Part shown: positions 1 through 12,165 of the stretch, one piece after another
Position numbering within the stretch: position 1 is the stretch's first letter
Layout: each line of letters opens with the position of its first letter
From: Rhizophagus irregularis
Lineage: Eukaryota
Direction of reading: 5' to 3'
Assembly (NCBI RefSeq): GCF_026210795.1
Contig: NC_089430.1
Coordinates: forward strand, 3,038,001 to 3,102,000
DNA: 64,000 nt
Translations under genes and position numbers: made by a program
Notes under the pieces: generated by a model
Databases searched by the model: none
What the model was told of the DNA's origin: nothing
Seen by the model: only the letters and a program-made list of their open reading frames with translations

Positions 1-2900
1 AAGATCGAAAATGTCTGGTCTTTCTGCTTGATCTTTATAGATATCCTCAGTTTCTATCCACATGATAAGCGAGTCTGTATCTGTATAAAGTAGACTGGCC
101 TTTTCTTTATAGCGAAGCTTTATGTAACCGTACCAAAAGTTGAACATCATAGCCTTGCTAATGTCGAGAATTGCCTGCCTTACATAGATTGGTTTGTTTA
201 GAGTTACTGTACTTTTTAACATATAGACTGCTGTAATTTCCTTCGAATGCTTTAAAGCCTACATACAATGGTAAACTTGCTAGGTGCCTAATTTTTTTTT
301 CCTCTTCTGTTCAGAGTAATTCTACTTTCATATATTTACGAACATTTTCCATTTGTTTGCCAAAGACTGCATTGTTCTTTAGATTATAATACATGACTCT
401 AAACTTGTCCTCATTAGCTTTAGCAATTTTACGCTTGCTAATATTTTCCTCAATATAGTCTTTCATCTATAAAGACTGCTTAAACTTAAGAGCACTATGA
501 ATCTTTGTAATCTTCATCCCAAACTTCATATTTGTCTGAAGCTCAATAGTGAACTGCATAATTCTTCTTAGTAAAGAGGGTCTGGACTAGCTTCTCTTCA
601 GATACATATTTTCCATTTCCAACATTTTTATCTTGCACTAATTTTTTATTGTACAAGCTAAACCAGTCTTCTAGAACTATCTGCTTTTCTGGCGCTAATG
701 GATAATCTGCAAAGTAATTGTGCAAGTGTACTGGGACTTCTAGATCAACTTCAAGTGTATAATCTATATCTGCATCAGGCGCGATACTTTGGATATCTGG
801 TACTTTCTCTGGACTCACTTTATCCAAAATTTCTGTAAGCATGTATTGGGTCATTGCACCTGAATATAAAGCATTCATATCCTTATACATGATCCAGGAA
901 TTCAGCTTACTGAACTCATAATCTGAACATTGTGGATTATTTGCTTTAGCGTATCGATGACTTGTCATTATCATGCCTTCACGAATGCCATTTTCTACCA
1001 TTAGATATTCATCCATATTTGTCATGAGTTTGAGTTCTGTCCCGCTATTTTTGTAAAGAGAATCATTAAACATTCTAGGTGCTGAAATATAATGAAAGAG
1101 ATCTAAGCCGTCATTTTTCAAGCACATGATAGTGTAGTTCATGAAAACATCTGCAAGTAAAAGTACATCTGTCTCAAGATAAAGATCATGATATTCTCTA
1201 AAGTTCTTCATTTTGAATATTTGCCATACCTTTTGAGCATGTTCATAATCCTCTTTACTAATATTTTGCTGACTAAGAAGTGAATAGAAGTTCTTTCTAG
1301 ATGGGAGGCTTGTTCTGTCAAATTTTTCCCATGCATTTATCCAGTCGTATGGGAAAATGCCCTTTCGAAAAAAAAGCTTAATCTTATCTATTGAATAGCC
1401 TTTTTCAGTAAAATACCTAACAGTTAAGGGAAATTTTTCAAACTTTTTTCTAGACATTCTACTAATTTATCTAATCCCATTCCCATATGCTGAAAGCTAT
1501 CAAGAAATCGGAGCTGGCCAACATCCATGGCTTTGTACTTTCCTATCTATATTCTCCAAGATGCAATTTATCTTATCAGCTGTGAATTTGCTTACAACTT
1601 TCATAAGCAGATGAGAGTCATATCCCCAGAAATTATGACAGATAAGAGGCACTTTGGTTTCGAAAAAGCCTATCTGCAACTTTTTATTATAAGTATCATG
1701 GGCTGGACCTTGATAGTTTTCATTTATATGGTCATGATCTTTTACTTTTTGATTAAGTGTACTTAAAGCTTCTCAGTATGTTTTCTGTGCTTCTTTCTTT
1801 TCAGGATGTTCCTTTTTTATACATGATTCCCATTCTTTGATTTCTAATAAATTATACTTTGCTTCTTCAAGTTTTTGTACTACCTCTGGTGCTGGTTTTA
1901 AAAAAGGTTTCTTACAAATCCAGCATTCAGTCGCTTCATTATACGCCTTCAAATCTCCTGGTGCTATTATCATTTCAGCCGGTGCAGATAAATCTTCTTG
2001 AATAGCTAAAAGTTCCTCTTCGATTTTGAGGACAAATCTTTCTAGCGCATCAGATTCTCTATATAAATTATGACTTACGATTTTATAGTTAAGTGGACTA
2101 TCCATACAAATAATCACATAGCAATAACCATATAGCTTATACATCTGTAGCCTTTCTGTATAGATTAACTTTGTTTTCTCTTCTGGGATCAGCTTTTCAG
2201 TTAGCATTTCAAGATCCCAGATTATTTGATATGGATTTGCTTGCATGCATTTATGATTATAGAAAGTTTTGATACTCCTATTCTTCACCGGTATTTGTGA
2301 TCATTGGGGGGCATTATTTAAATCCTTGCATTTTGGTAAATGTTTATTATATCTTATCTCTAAAGAATATATATGAAGACAATATCGGCAGATGTATTTT
2401 CATCCTTTATACTTGCTATAATTATACACTAACTTGTGAAGATCTTTAATAATACAGTAGTGGCTTCTATCCTCTTTCATAATTACTAAAAAATTTATAA
2501 GCCTATATTCATCTTCCCTTCTCTCTGAAATATAACGAAAGTCTAGACATTTGTTTTAGTTATGCCACTCATAGACACATAGGCTGATATCAGGATTATT
2601 TTTCTCAAATTTGCGATATACTGGTATCGAAATAGGTACTGGTACTGGAATGTCTTCCATGTTGAGTTCCTTCACAAAACTGCCATATAGCTGATACAGA
2701 TTTCTTTCTGGATGAACTTTAACCGGATGCAAAGCTTCTAGAACACACTATCCGAAATACCAGTCATCCTCATTTTGAATATTAATAATTCCGTTATTAC
2801 GTTTTGGCAAAATTTCTGGCAAAGGTATATAGACAGTAGGACCAATTGGATTGAAATCAGCTATCTCTATACTAAATTCTTCTATATATTCTGGGTAAGC
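1..2900 (-). pseudogene. Decayed family-B (protein-primed type) DNA polymerase with an endonuclease-VII-like insert, Polinton/Maverick-like; runs off the left edge
   Basis: Motifs appear in order across frameshifts and stops: Exo I WDLE, CWIC...DHDH..GKY.GPAH, Exo II HNFWGYD, RKGIFPY, Exo III YHDLYLETDV, motif A DMNALY, motif B NNAVFGK (~355-380) and motif C YTDTDS (~70-87). Confidence 0.88.
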
Positions 2901-3096
2901 ATTAGACATTTGGTATATAGTTAGCTTTAACCAGCACGCTATTACTTACTTATAAAATTTTTTCTTTAATTAATTATTTCCTATTCTTTCACTTTTCGAT
3001 CATAGAATTGCCAGTATTTGCAGGCTTGCCAATACGGTTTTAGACTATTGAGAAACTGAAGTATTAACTATTTATTAATTAATCTTTCAGAATTTA

Positions 3097-3531
3097 ATGA
3101 TAAAAAATAGGATGATCAGTGAATATTCCTACTTATATTTTTACAATACTGGAAAGGCTTGTGGAAATGCTTGCATTTACCCTGAAGGGTGTCATTTCCA
3201 TTGGAAAGCTAAAAAACGAGTACAATACCCTGATTGTGGTAAGCCAACTGCTTCTACTTGTAGCCAATGCCCAGATCATGTTAGAGACTATTATGTTATT
3301 CAGTTTTATGACAGGCTTCGATCAGAAAGTCTTCGATTGGAGATATAAGAAAGACTTCGATCAAAGATACGAGAAAGACTTCGATCAGAGATACAAAAAA
3401 AAACTTATGAAGAAATGATACTTGCCCATAGAGATGCGCTTGCAATTCTTAATATTACTCTCTGCAAGGAATGCCTTCTTTCGATAAAAATGGATGAGGG
3501 GGAATATTGTAATAATTGCCAGCCAGAATAA
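3097..3531 (+). pseudogene. Cys/His-rich zinc-finger-like ORF, divergent from PolB, with one nonsense codon
   Basis: The ORF (CGNACIYPEGCHFH...CGKPTASTCSQCPDH) continues in frame past TAA at 3346-3348 (CAA in the equivalent repeat unit) through 24-bp RLRSxI repeats to CKEC...CNNC and a stop at 3531. Confidence 0.65.
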
Positions 3532-3609
3532 ATGGAAAATTATTTTGGCTAACTCTATACCTAAGTCTTAGCCGGAATTTTGGGTGTAATATCTGATGAG
3601 TATTTGCTA

Positions 3610-4250
3610 AATTTTTGTTAGACTTGCTTCTTATATTTTTTTGTTAAACTTTTATGATTAATATGTTATTTGATAAACCAGCTTGTACAGAATCCATTTT
3701 TAATTAAGGAAAAGTTGAGACAATTCCATAGATTTTTTCTGGATTTTTACAGTAGGGATATTGATTTTTCGTTAAATTTATATTTTATTTATTAAGCTAT
3801 CCTGCGCAGAACCTATTCTTGACTAAGGAAAAGTTGGGACAATTCCGCAGATTTTTACAGGGTTTTTTCATTAGACTTATATATAAAACATGCTAGTTAA
3901 GGAGCTAGCCTGCACAAAACCAGTTCTTTATTCACAATTTTCATTAGACTTATTAATGGGAAACTTAGAATAATCGTTTGACTTAAATTTTTTTTGTTAG
4001 ACTTAAAGAATAATATATTTTTTCAAAGAGCTAGCCCGTACAGAAGCAGTTACTGATATAAATTTTTTGTTAGATTTATGCTGAGGGAGATAGGACAATC
4101 GTTATACTTAATTTTTTCGTTAGACTTATTTATGGGGGTAATAAGGACTGTTAGACTTATTTTTGTTAGATTTATCATTAAAATATGCTATTTAATGAAA
4201 AAAATCACGCAGAATCAATTCCTGATATACATTATTTTGTTAGACTTAAA
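3610..4250. repeat. Degenerate direct-repeat array: ~13 TTTTYGTTAGACTT boxes plus ~5 AGCTAGCCYGYRCAGAA boxes
   Basis: Short boxes at ~3612, 3638, 3766, 3864, 3938, 3991, 4064, 4113, 4148, 4160, 4235 and others. Segments 3677-3750 and 3795-3868 align as a unit with ~118-bp offset. Confidence 0.8.
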
Positions 4251-4486
4251 AAATATAACCAAAAAGTTAATAAGGAAATTAAGAAGCTGGAAGTCTTAGA
4301 AAGTCTTCTAGTATAGTAGAAAAAAATTGATATTGATTTTATGAACCAAAGAGACACACAATGTCATTGTGGAGGATGGACCTTTGGTCCTTAAACTCTA
4401 CAATGATATTGTGTATTGATATTAAACTAATCATAATTAGATGAAGTGTTAATATATAGTAAATTTATTAAAATTTGTATTTATTG

Positions 4487-4712
4487 AGGACCCCGCTTAC
4501 TTATAATAAAGGTCACTGTAGAAAATTAGCCCTTTACTAATAGTTTTTACCTTACTTTTTTCTTAAATTCTATTGGTTAATTAGCTAAAAAGGAAAAAAA
4601 TCATAATAATGTAACATAAAATTTTTTTTTATAATAGGATCTGCAAAGAATTTTATATATGATTTCTACCTTAAGCCTGGAGGTGACCTATCTTATAAAT
4701 AAGCGAGGTCTT
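4487..4712. mobile_element. MITE with AGGACCCC-type TIRs (~30 bp)
   Basis: AGGACCCCGCTTACTTATAATAAAGGTCAC is matched by GTGACCTATCTTATAAATAAGCGAGGTCTT. A homologous copy lies at 25047-25287. Confidence 0.75.
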
Positions 4713-6451
4713 ATTTATTGGTATAGTGAATCAAAATTTATAATGTTTAATTTAATAAATTATTTAGATAAATAAATTTTTATATTAAGAACACAGAGTT
4801 TTTTTTATACTTTATTACTATTATATAGAAAATGAATATATATTTAATTTGATTTATTTCTCTTTTAATTATAGTTTTCAAATTTATAAAAAAAAAAAGT
4901 TTCAGTAATATAATTTTAAGAATTATTTTTAAATATTTAAAAAATTACCTAATATTTAAAATTATTATTATTTTTACTTTATTTTAAAAAATTCTGAAGT
5001 AAAGATGCTTGTCAAAACTATTTTTTTAAAATTTTATTAGTTTAGTTAAAATTCAATCTGAAATTATTTTTTATAATATAATTAATTGTCTAACCTGTTT
5101 TTATATTTTTCTAATTATAATTAGAAAAGTTTCAGATTTACCAATTTTTTTATTAAAAATAAAATTTTTGAATTTCAAATTTTTGAATTTTATTGTTAAA
5201 TAAATTTTAAGTAGCAATACTATGTTTGTTATAAAAATAGATTTGAAATAATTATAAAATATTACAATTTTTTTTCATATGATTCTAGTATTTTACCTTC
5301 CAAAATTAGCGTTAGACCATTTTCTTTAAAAAAAAATAAGAGGAATTATATAAAGAAATTATGTCTTATATTGATTTATTTTGCTGTGATATTATATATC
5401 CTAAATCAGTTGAATTTAATATTAATTAAATTAAAGGGTTTCGTGATTACCAGACATTGAAGATAGGGCCTTTATAGGACCCCGAACAATATATATAAAG
5501 GTAGGTTTTGAGTTTGCTTAACCAACATATAAAAATTTTTCCTATGTGAGATTTATTATTGCTTATTTGATAACATAATTTTTAAATAGTCAGATATAAT
5601 TATGCATAGCAGAGTATTAAATTATTAATAGTCAGATATATATTTGCGTAGCAGGATAGAATTTTTTAATATATATATATAATATAATATATATTTATTT
5701 TCACATTAAAAAAATCTAATAAAAATATGTAAACAAAGTTATAAACATGTTTGTATAAAAAAAATTTACTATTTTTAATACAAAGAATAAGTTAATTGTA
5801 TACGTAATATAGGGAACATTTTTAGACGTGATCGTGTAACGTGTTTTTGATAAAACAAATACGCATCCGCGTAACATTAAAATTATAAATCATATACGCG
5901 TCCGTGTAACATTTAAAAAATATATATTGAAAATAAGAGCAAGAAAAATAAGTGTTTTTCTGTTTTTTTATAATTTTACACTATAATTTTTGTAATAATC
6001 AATAAAAGTTATTTCATTTTTACTTAGAAAATTTTTTAAAAATATTTTTTTTGACAAATTTTACAGTAAATTTTAAAAATAAAAATTCCGCGTATTGGTG
6101 GCGTTACAAAAAACATGAATAAATCCATAAATATCTATTCAATCATGATAAAAATTTATATGTAAGTAGATTCGAACCTGCTGAACAACTTTACTTAAGA
6201 AGGTTTTGGATGTTTCCTTTGACTAAAGTGCCCAAATTACGCTCCGAAGTCACAGAACAGATATACGAAATATTATCGCCGTTTTTGAATTACTGTAAAC
6301 TGCGGCTTGTCGATCATTTTATAAATAAATTATCAAAAACTGCGAAAACAGCAAATAGCCAATAAAATTGATTTTTAATTCGTATTACCTATAATCCTAT
6401 ATCACTATAAATGGCGCAGTATGCCATACGCGTGATAAATTAAATATTAAA

Positions 6452-8028
6452 ATGAACAAATATCTTCCTGGTATTTGCTTCGCGTGTCAGAAATGTCTGT
6501 TTTGCTTTAATTTTTCACCTTGTAACTGTAATAAAAACATAAAACCAACAAGAGTAAGCAAACCAGAACGTGGACAGCAAATTTATTTTCGTGTATATAC
6601 TCCAAACGAAAATTTACCAACAGCAAATTACTTTCTTTCTTCTGCCGAGACGAAATTTCAATATAATAATAATTTTAATGAGCCTTTTTCTTTTACTTTT
6701 TGTTCTACATGTAATAGCAAATATCAAAGGTTGAAAACTAAAGACAAAATTTCTAAAAAAAAATGAAAAGTAAAGCTGCAGTTGACGTTGAGTCTCTTGA
6801 ATTATTTGAAGAATGTGGTATTGATGAAATCAAACTACATGTAAGCATTGAAAAAAAGGGTAAGAAAACCTCTACTTCTAAGGCTCTAATTATTAAACCA
6901 GTTGAATATATCAATGTTATGGAAAAGATCAATGCTTTTGTACAAAAAGCACTTCAAAATGAGAATATCAAACCAGCAGATTACAGTATATCATATAAAG
7001 CAATGAATTCACATGGTCTTTCAAGTGAATTAGAAGATGAACTTGATTTTAAAGAGTTTATTGAAGATTATAAGAAAGTTACTACAGCTAATAAAAAAAT
7101 GGGAATGATGGTAGTGATTGATAATTCTACAGATAATGAAACAAAATCAAGTGAAAAGCGTTCAAAGGTAAGGAAATTGCAATTACTCTTATTATTTTAC
7201 ATATTCAATATTCTAACTTGACGTAATTTTTTAAAATTTTTAGAATTCTGATGATGTTGAAAGTGATGGCTCAGTTTCTGAGGAAGAAAAGGTAATAACA
7301 CATACTAAAAAGAAGAAAAAAATCTCGTGTTATTAGAGATGATGATTTATCAAAAGAAGAAAGAACACGAGCAGAAATAATTTCTGTATTATGCGAAAAA
7401 TACAAGTGTAATTTACATACAACACCATGTTATATTCAAGATAATCGTCATTTACAGCTTAATCCAGCAAGATTACAACTTTGAGCACGAGAAATTGTAA
7501 GTTATCTGCAATAAAATTGATTTTTATTTGGATATTCACAAAATTTAATTATTACTATAGATGAATAAAGGTACTACCGAAGACGTTCCACCAACTTATC
7601 CCACATTTAGTGCAACATTAGGCGTGTTAGTTAGCAATAATAATACTCAAATATCCACTACTGCACCTGCTACTGCATCCACTACTACATCTGCTACTGC
7701 AGTACCTGCTGCTGCATCAGCTGTCCCACCTGCTAATACACCTACACCTATTATTATTCAAATGCCACCATTTCAATATCCTTATCCTTCTTTTAATCAA
7801 TTAGATACATCTACAAATCACAAATTACCTTCAATTCATGAATTTCTTTTTAGTTTAGATCAAAAATACAATTGTAATGGTGAATATTCTCAATTTGAAA
7901 ATGCTTTTCTTGAAGAAGCAATAACTGTAAATGTTATAAAAGACTTATCTGATGAACAAATGAAAACATTAGGTATTGTAAAAATTGGGTGGCAAAAAAA
8001 TATTAGACAAGAAGCACAAAAATATTGA
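6452..8028 (+). pseudogene. Accessory gene: N-terminal Cys-rich region, central C-H-C-H motif, C-terminal SAM-like domain; exons 6452-7167, 7244-7496, 7561-8028
   Basis: GT-AG introns; CFACQKCLFC..CNC..CSTC; KCNLH..CYI..RH..L*AREI; FLEEAITVNVIKDLSDEQMKTLGIVKIGWQKNI (SAM-like). Frameshifts in A-runs (~6760, ~7320) and a TGA at 7482 in a probable Trp position. Confidence 0.7.
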
Positions 8029-8073
8029 CGTGTATATTCAAAAATAAAGTATAATAAAATATGGTTATTGAGT

Positions 8074-9227
8074 TTACAAATAAATTGATGATGTAAAAAA
8101 TGATTGTGCCATTTGAGGAGTAATTTGACTACATGCAACTAATAAAGCATATATTGAATCATCACAAACCTCCATAAAATCACGATTACGTTTAATCCAT
8201 AATTTGATAGTTGAAAATGCTGTTTCAATTGGGTTATAATCAGGAGAATAAGGTGGAAGAAAAACTACACGGCATCCTAATCCTTCCATCAATGAAATAA
8301 GTTCAGCATCATGATGTATTCTAGCATTATCCATTATAATTACGCTATTATCACCAGGATATGGATTCATCACAGGCACCTATATTGACAATAAATTTTA
8401 TAAATAATAAAATATAAATAATAAAATACAAAATAAAGTTCTATATAAACGTAATATTACATACTACTTGATTAAGCACAAAATCAACAAATCTTTTTCT
8501 ATCACATGCTCCTTCAAATACATCAACAGCAATAAATCCATCTAATGTAAGAGCAGGTAAGATTGTATATCGTTTTCCTCGTACAAATACTACTTTCTTA
8601 CATGCACGTGTATTGCGAGGAGAATACCCATATAATCTTGATAAGCTTCTCTCATCCTTAGCACATTTATCAAGAAAAATCAACTGATTTGAAGTATAAT
8701 GTTCGCCAATTACACCTAAATAATGTGTACGCATAAGTTCACTTCTTTCATATGCTGCTTTTTGCAACTTTTGTAAAAAAAATAAATATAATTATTGAGT
8801 ATTTCAATTTTCTAATTGATTTCATTATTAAAATTGATTATTTCAATACCTTTTTTCGAGTAATTCCTAAATAATAAAGTGATCTCCAAAGTGCTGAAAC
8901 AGAAACTCTTTTACCTGTAAGATTTTCCATCTCATAAACTAACTCATCTAAATACCAGTCAACTTTGTCTTTTACAAGATTTTGGAATATACACATTTCG
9001 CTTCTACTAAATAGTTTTCTTCTGCCAGGAACTCCTTTAACTGGACTGGTAACACACGCCCATTTTACATATAAATTTATTATTTTGATCACAAAGCTCT
9101 TACTAACATACAATGTGTTAGCAATATCTGTGATAGAAAAATCATCATTATAAAGATACACAACACGCCAACGTAAATCTTCGCTAATTTCTGTAGGCAT
9201 AGGGCTTTCTACTAATATTCCAGACAC
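8074..9227 (-). CDS. IS630/Tc1-superfamily DD34E transposase (HTH + DDE_3), 3 exons: 9227-8850, 8767-8465, 8379-8074
   Basis: Phase-0 GT-AG introns give one ~328-aa reading frame. IFLD...MDNARIHH...LPPYSPDYNPIE, with 34 residues between the second D and the E. Confidence 0.9.
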
Positions 9228-10844
9228 ATATTTTAGTTGAATAAACTAATAATTACAATATATAGCATAAAACTTATTACCATACCTAATGTAGATTCAG
9301 TAGAAATCTGGAAAAACGAAATAGAGATCTGAGAAAAGAAAAAGAAAAATATAAATATTATGACTCTATTATTTGTATTACATAACATTTGCGTACAATA
9401 TTTCTATTGAATAAACAATACAATTGCAGATTTCGCAATATATAATGTAAAATCGTTACTATACCTAGTGTTGAATCGTCAGAAATCTTCCAGTAAAACA
9501 GAACGAAAGACCGAAAAAACACTTGAAAGTGATACAAGAATAGCTAAGTGTTATGCAGATCAAAAAATATTTATATGTTTATATGTGAAACGTAAAGTTT
9601 TACTAGTACAGTTTTACAAAAATCACACATTTTCGGTTTATTTATAAAATGATCGACAAGCCGCAGTTTACAGTAATTCGAAAACGGCGATAATAAAACT
9701 GCAAATGCGCTGTGAAAAAAAAAAAAAAAATTAAATTAAAAGTTTTAAAGTAAATTTAAAACTTTATAATGCTATTAAATAATATAAATCTATTTTAAAG
9801 ATTTTTGTATTTTAGATAATAAAAATTTTAAACAAATAAATTATTTTTTAATGAACAATTTTATTGTTTTTTTTAATAATAAATTTTATAGAATTATATG
9901 ATTATATATTTTATGGTATAAATAAAAATAAAAAAAATAAAAAAGAGCTAATACTTTCAAAAAATTGTCTATAAAATTTCATTCTAGATTATAAAGATTA
10001 TTTTTGAAAAATATTGAATGTTCCAGAAAATTGGTTATATAATTTAAATTGTGATTTTCTTAAAATTATATAATCAGCTAAGCTTACTTTTGCTGAATAT
10101 GTCAAATATGATTTTTAGATTCAAATAAATCCAGATTTGGCATTAATTTATTTTTTATTTTTCTAGTAATTTTATTCTTTTCTATTGCAAAAGTTCCATA
10201 TAATTTTAGATGATAATTTTTGGTACTCTCATAATAAATATTTTGTCTTTTTCAAATAAATTCATATTTTACACATTTCAATTGTATTAAAATATAATAT
10301 AAGTATTTTATTTATTTTATTTAGATATGTTTCTGAAAGTTTATATTACTATTCTCAATACCTTATATAGTATTTTTATTAAATTTTTTCAAGTTCTCAG
10401 CATAGTTCTATAATTTTTAAGTACTATAATATCATTATTTATTTATTTTTTTCCAATAAGTTAAGATTAAAATGAATATATTTTTAATTATAAATGCCAT
10501 TTTGACTTGTTACATGATTTTCTAATAGTAATTCTTAATTAATATTTACATTTTTTATATTATAATATTTATATATATCTTATTTAGTATTTCTGCAATT
10601 TTTTAAAGCAATACCTTTTATATTTAGAAACTCTTCAAACATAATGCCCTTTACAGACTTTGTTTTATTATCTTGATATAATTAAATAAAAAACAGTTTA
10701 AAACAGTTTATTAAAATAAAGAGAAAAAAAAACTGTTTAAATGCACTTTTTTTAAAATTTTTATTATGATCCTAAGAGGGGTGCATTAAAGAGAATTAAC
10801 TGTAATTCTAAATTTCAGTTATATTGAAATGCTCTTTATAAATA

Positions 10845-12165
10845 CAGATGGTGATCAAAAGTATACGGACATTTTAATTTGCCAAAATTATGCCGATCAT
10901 CACGTGATGACGTAATATAAACAATACGTCATTTAACGCCTTATATCATAATAAAAACCTCCCCAATGTTTTTTTTTTAGTAAACATTCACCAAATATGA
11001 AGCCACTCACCCCAAAAACCCGATATGCGATTATTTATGGTTATAATTGTGGACAATCGGGCCGTTTAATTGCAGAACACTTGGGGTGTAGTAAAACTGC
11101 TGTTTATGATGTACTTAAACATTTTCGTGAAACTGGCTCTTTCACACCAAAAAAAAAATCAGGTCGCCCTCCACTCTTTGACTCACCAGCACGACAAGAA
11201 CTCAAAGCTTTTGTTAAAGAAAATGGTGAAAATCGTCGACTTTGTTCAAAAAAGCTTGCAACTGTTTGGACAGCTCGTAAAAAGCAACCTATTTCTGTGC
11301 GTACCATACGCCGAAACCTCAAAAAGTGGACGGACTTAGTGCCTGTATTCCCCGTCATAAACCTGCAATGACAGAAGCACATCGTCAGGCTCGTCTTGAA
11401 TGGGCTCTTTGCGCACAGAGATTGGACAACAAGAAAATGGAGAAGAGTGCTTTTTTCAGATGAAAGCACTTTTACACAATTTCAGAAAGGTCGTCAGGGA
11501 AGGGTTTGGCGTGAACCAGGAGAAGAATTGAATCCTGATTGTATTGCAGTTACCGTTAAACACAGTCCTAGCAGAATGTTTTGGGGTTGTTTGTTTCCGG
11601 CTGGCCAGGACCAATTGTTCCGTTAAAAGGCTCAGTTACAGGTCAAACTCATGCTAAAATTATTCAAAACTATGTTGTACCTACTTTGGATGAGCATTTT
11701 CCACAGGGTAATGGAATTTTTCAAGAAGACAATGCTCCACCACATCGTTCAAAAGTCGCTATGGCCACCCGTGAAGATGCCAAAATTGTGGTGCTTCAAT
11801 GGCCAGCACAAAGCCCCGATTTGAACCCCATAGAGAACATGTGGGCAGAAATGAAAGCAATGGTGCATCGACGTGACCCACCACCATCTAATATCAAAGT
11901 ACTTGAGAAATATGTTAAAGATGCGTGGGATGATATTCCTCCAGAATATTATAAAAAATTAATTGATAGCATGCCACAGAGAATTGAGGCAGTTATTGCT
12001 GCAAATGGATATAGTATTAATTATTAATATATAATTTTTTTTTACATAAAATTAATAAAGGACAATCAGATTAATATATTTACTTAATAAATTTTATTTT
12101 TATTATATTATTTTATATGAAATTTTTATTTTAAAAAATGTCCGCATACTTTTGATCACCATCTG
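10845..12165 (+). mobile_element. Tc1 element, 1321 bp, 31-bp TIRs, TA target duplication
   Basis: TA|CAGATGGTGATCAAAAGTATACGGACATTTT ... AAAATGTCCGCATACTTTTGATCACCATCTG|TA (1 mismatch). Confidence 0.95.
10997..12027 (+). pseudogene. Tc1 DD34E transposase with at least 3 frameshifts
   Basis: GRPP linker, FSDES, FQEDNAPPH, WPAQSPDLNPIE. Frame changes at ~11330, ~11410 and ~11590. Confidence 0.9.

Larger units (their letters stand above)
6251..9714. mobile_element. Two-gene TIR transposon (IS630/Tc1-type transposase plus accessory gene) with CACAG...CTGTG termini
   Basis: A 59-bp inverted repeat (6271-6329 / 9637-9695, 1 mismatch) and terminal CACAG/CTGTG enclose two convergent genes. Confidence 0.8.

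Noticed and set aside
3610..4250. CRISPR array
   Set aside because: The repeats are short, degenerate and irregularly spaced, the spacers are partly homologous, there are no cas genes, and the context is eukaryotic.
6160..6250. tRNA gene (GGTTCGAATC B-box on the - strand)
   Set aside because: No cloverleaf can be folded and the T-stem is imperfect; at most a relic.
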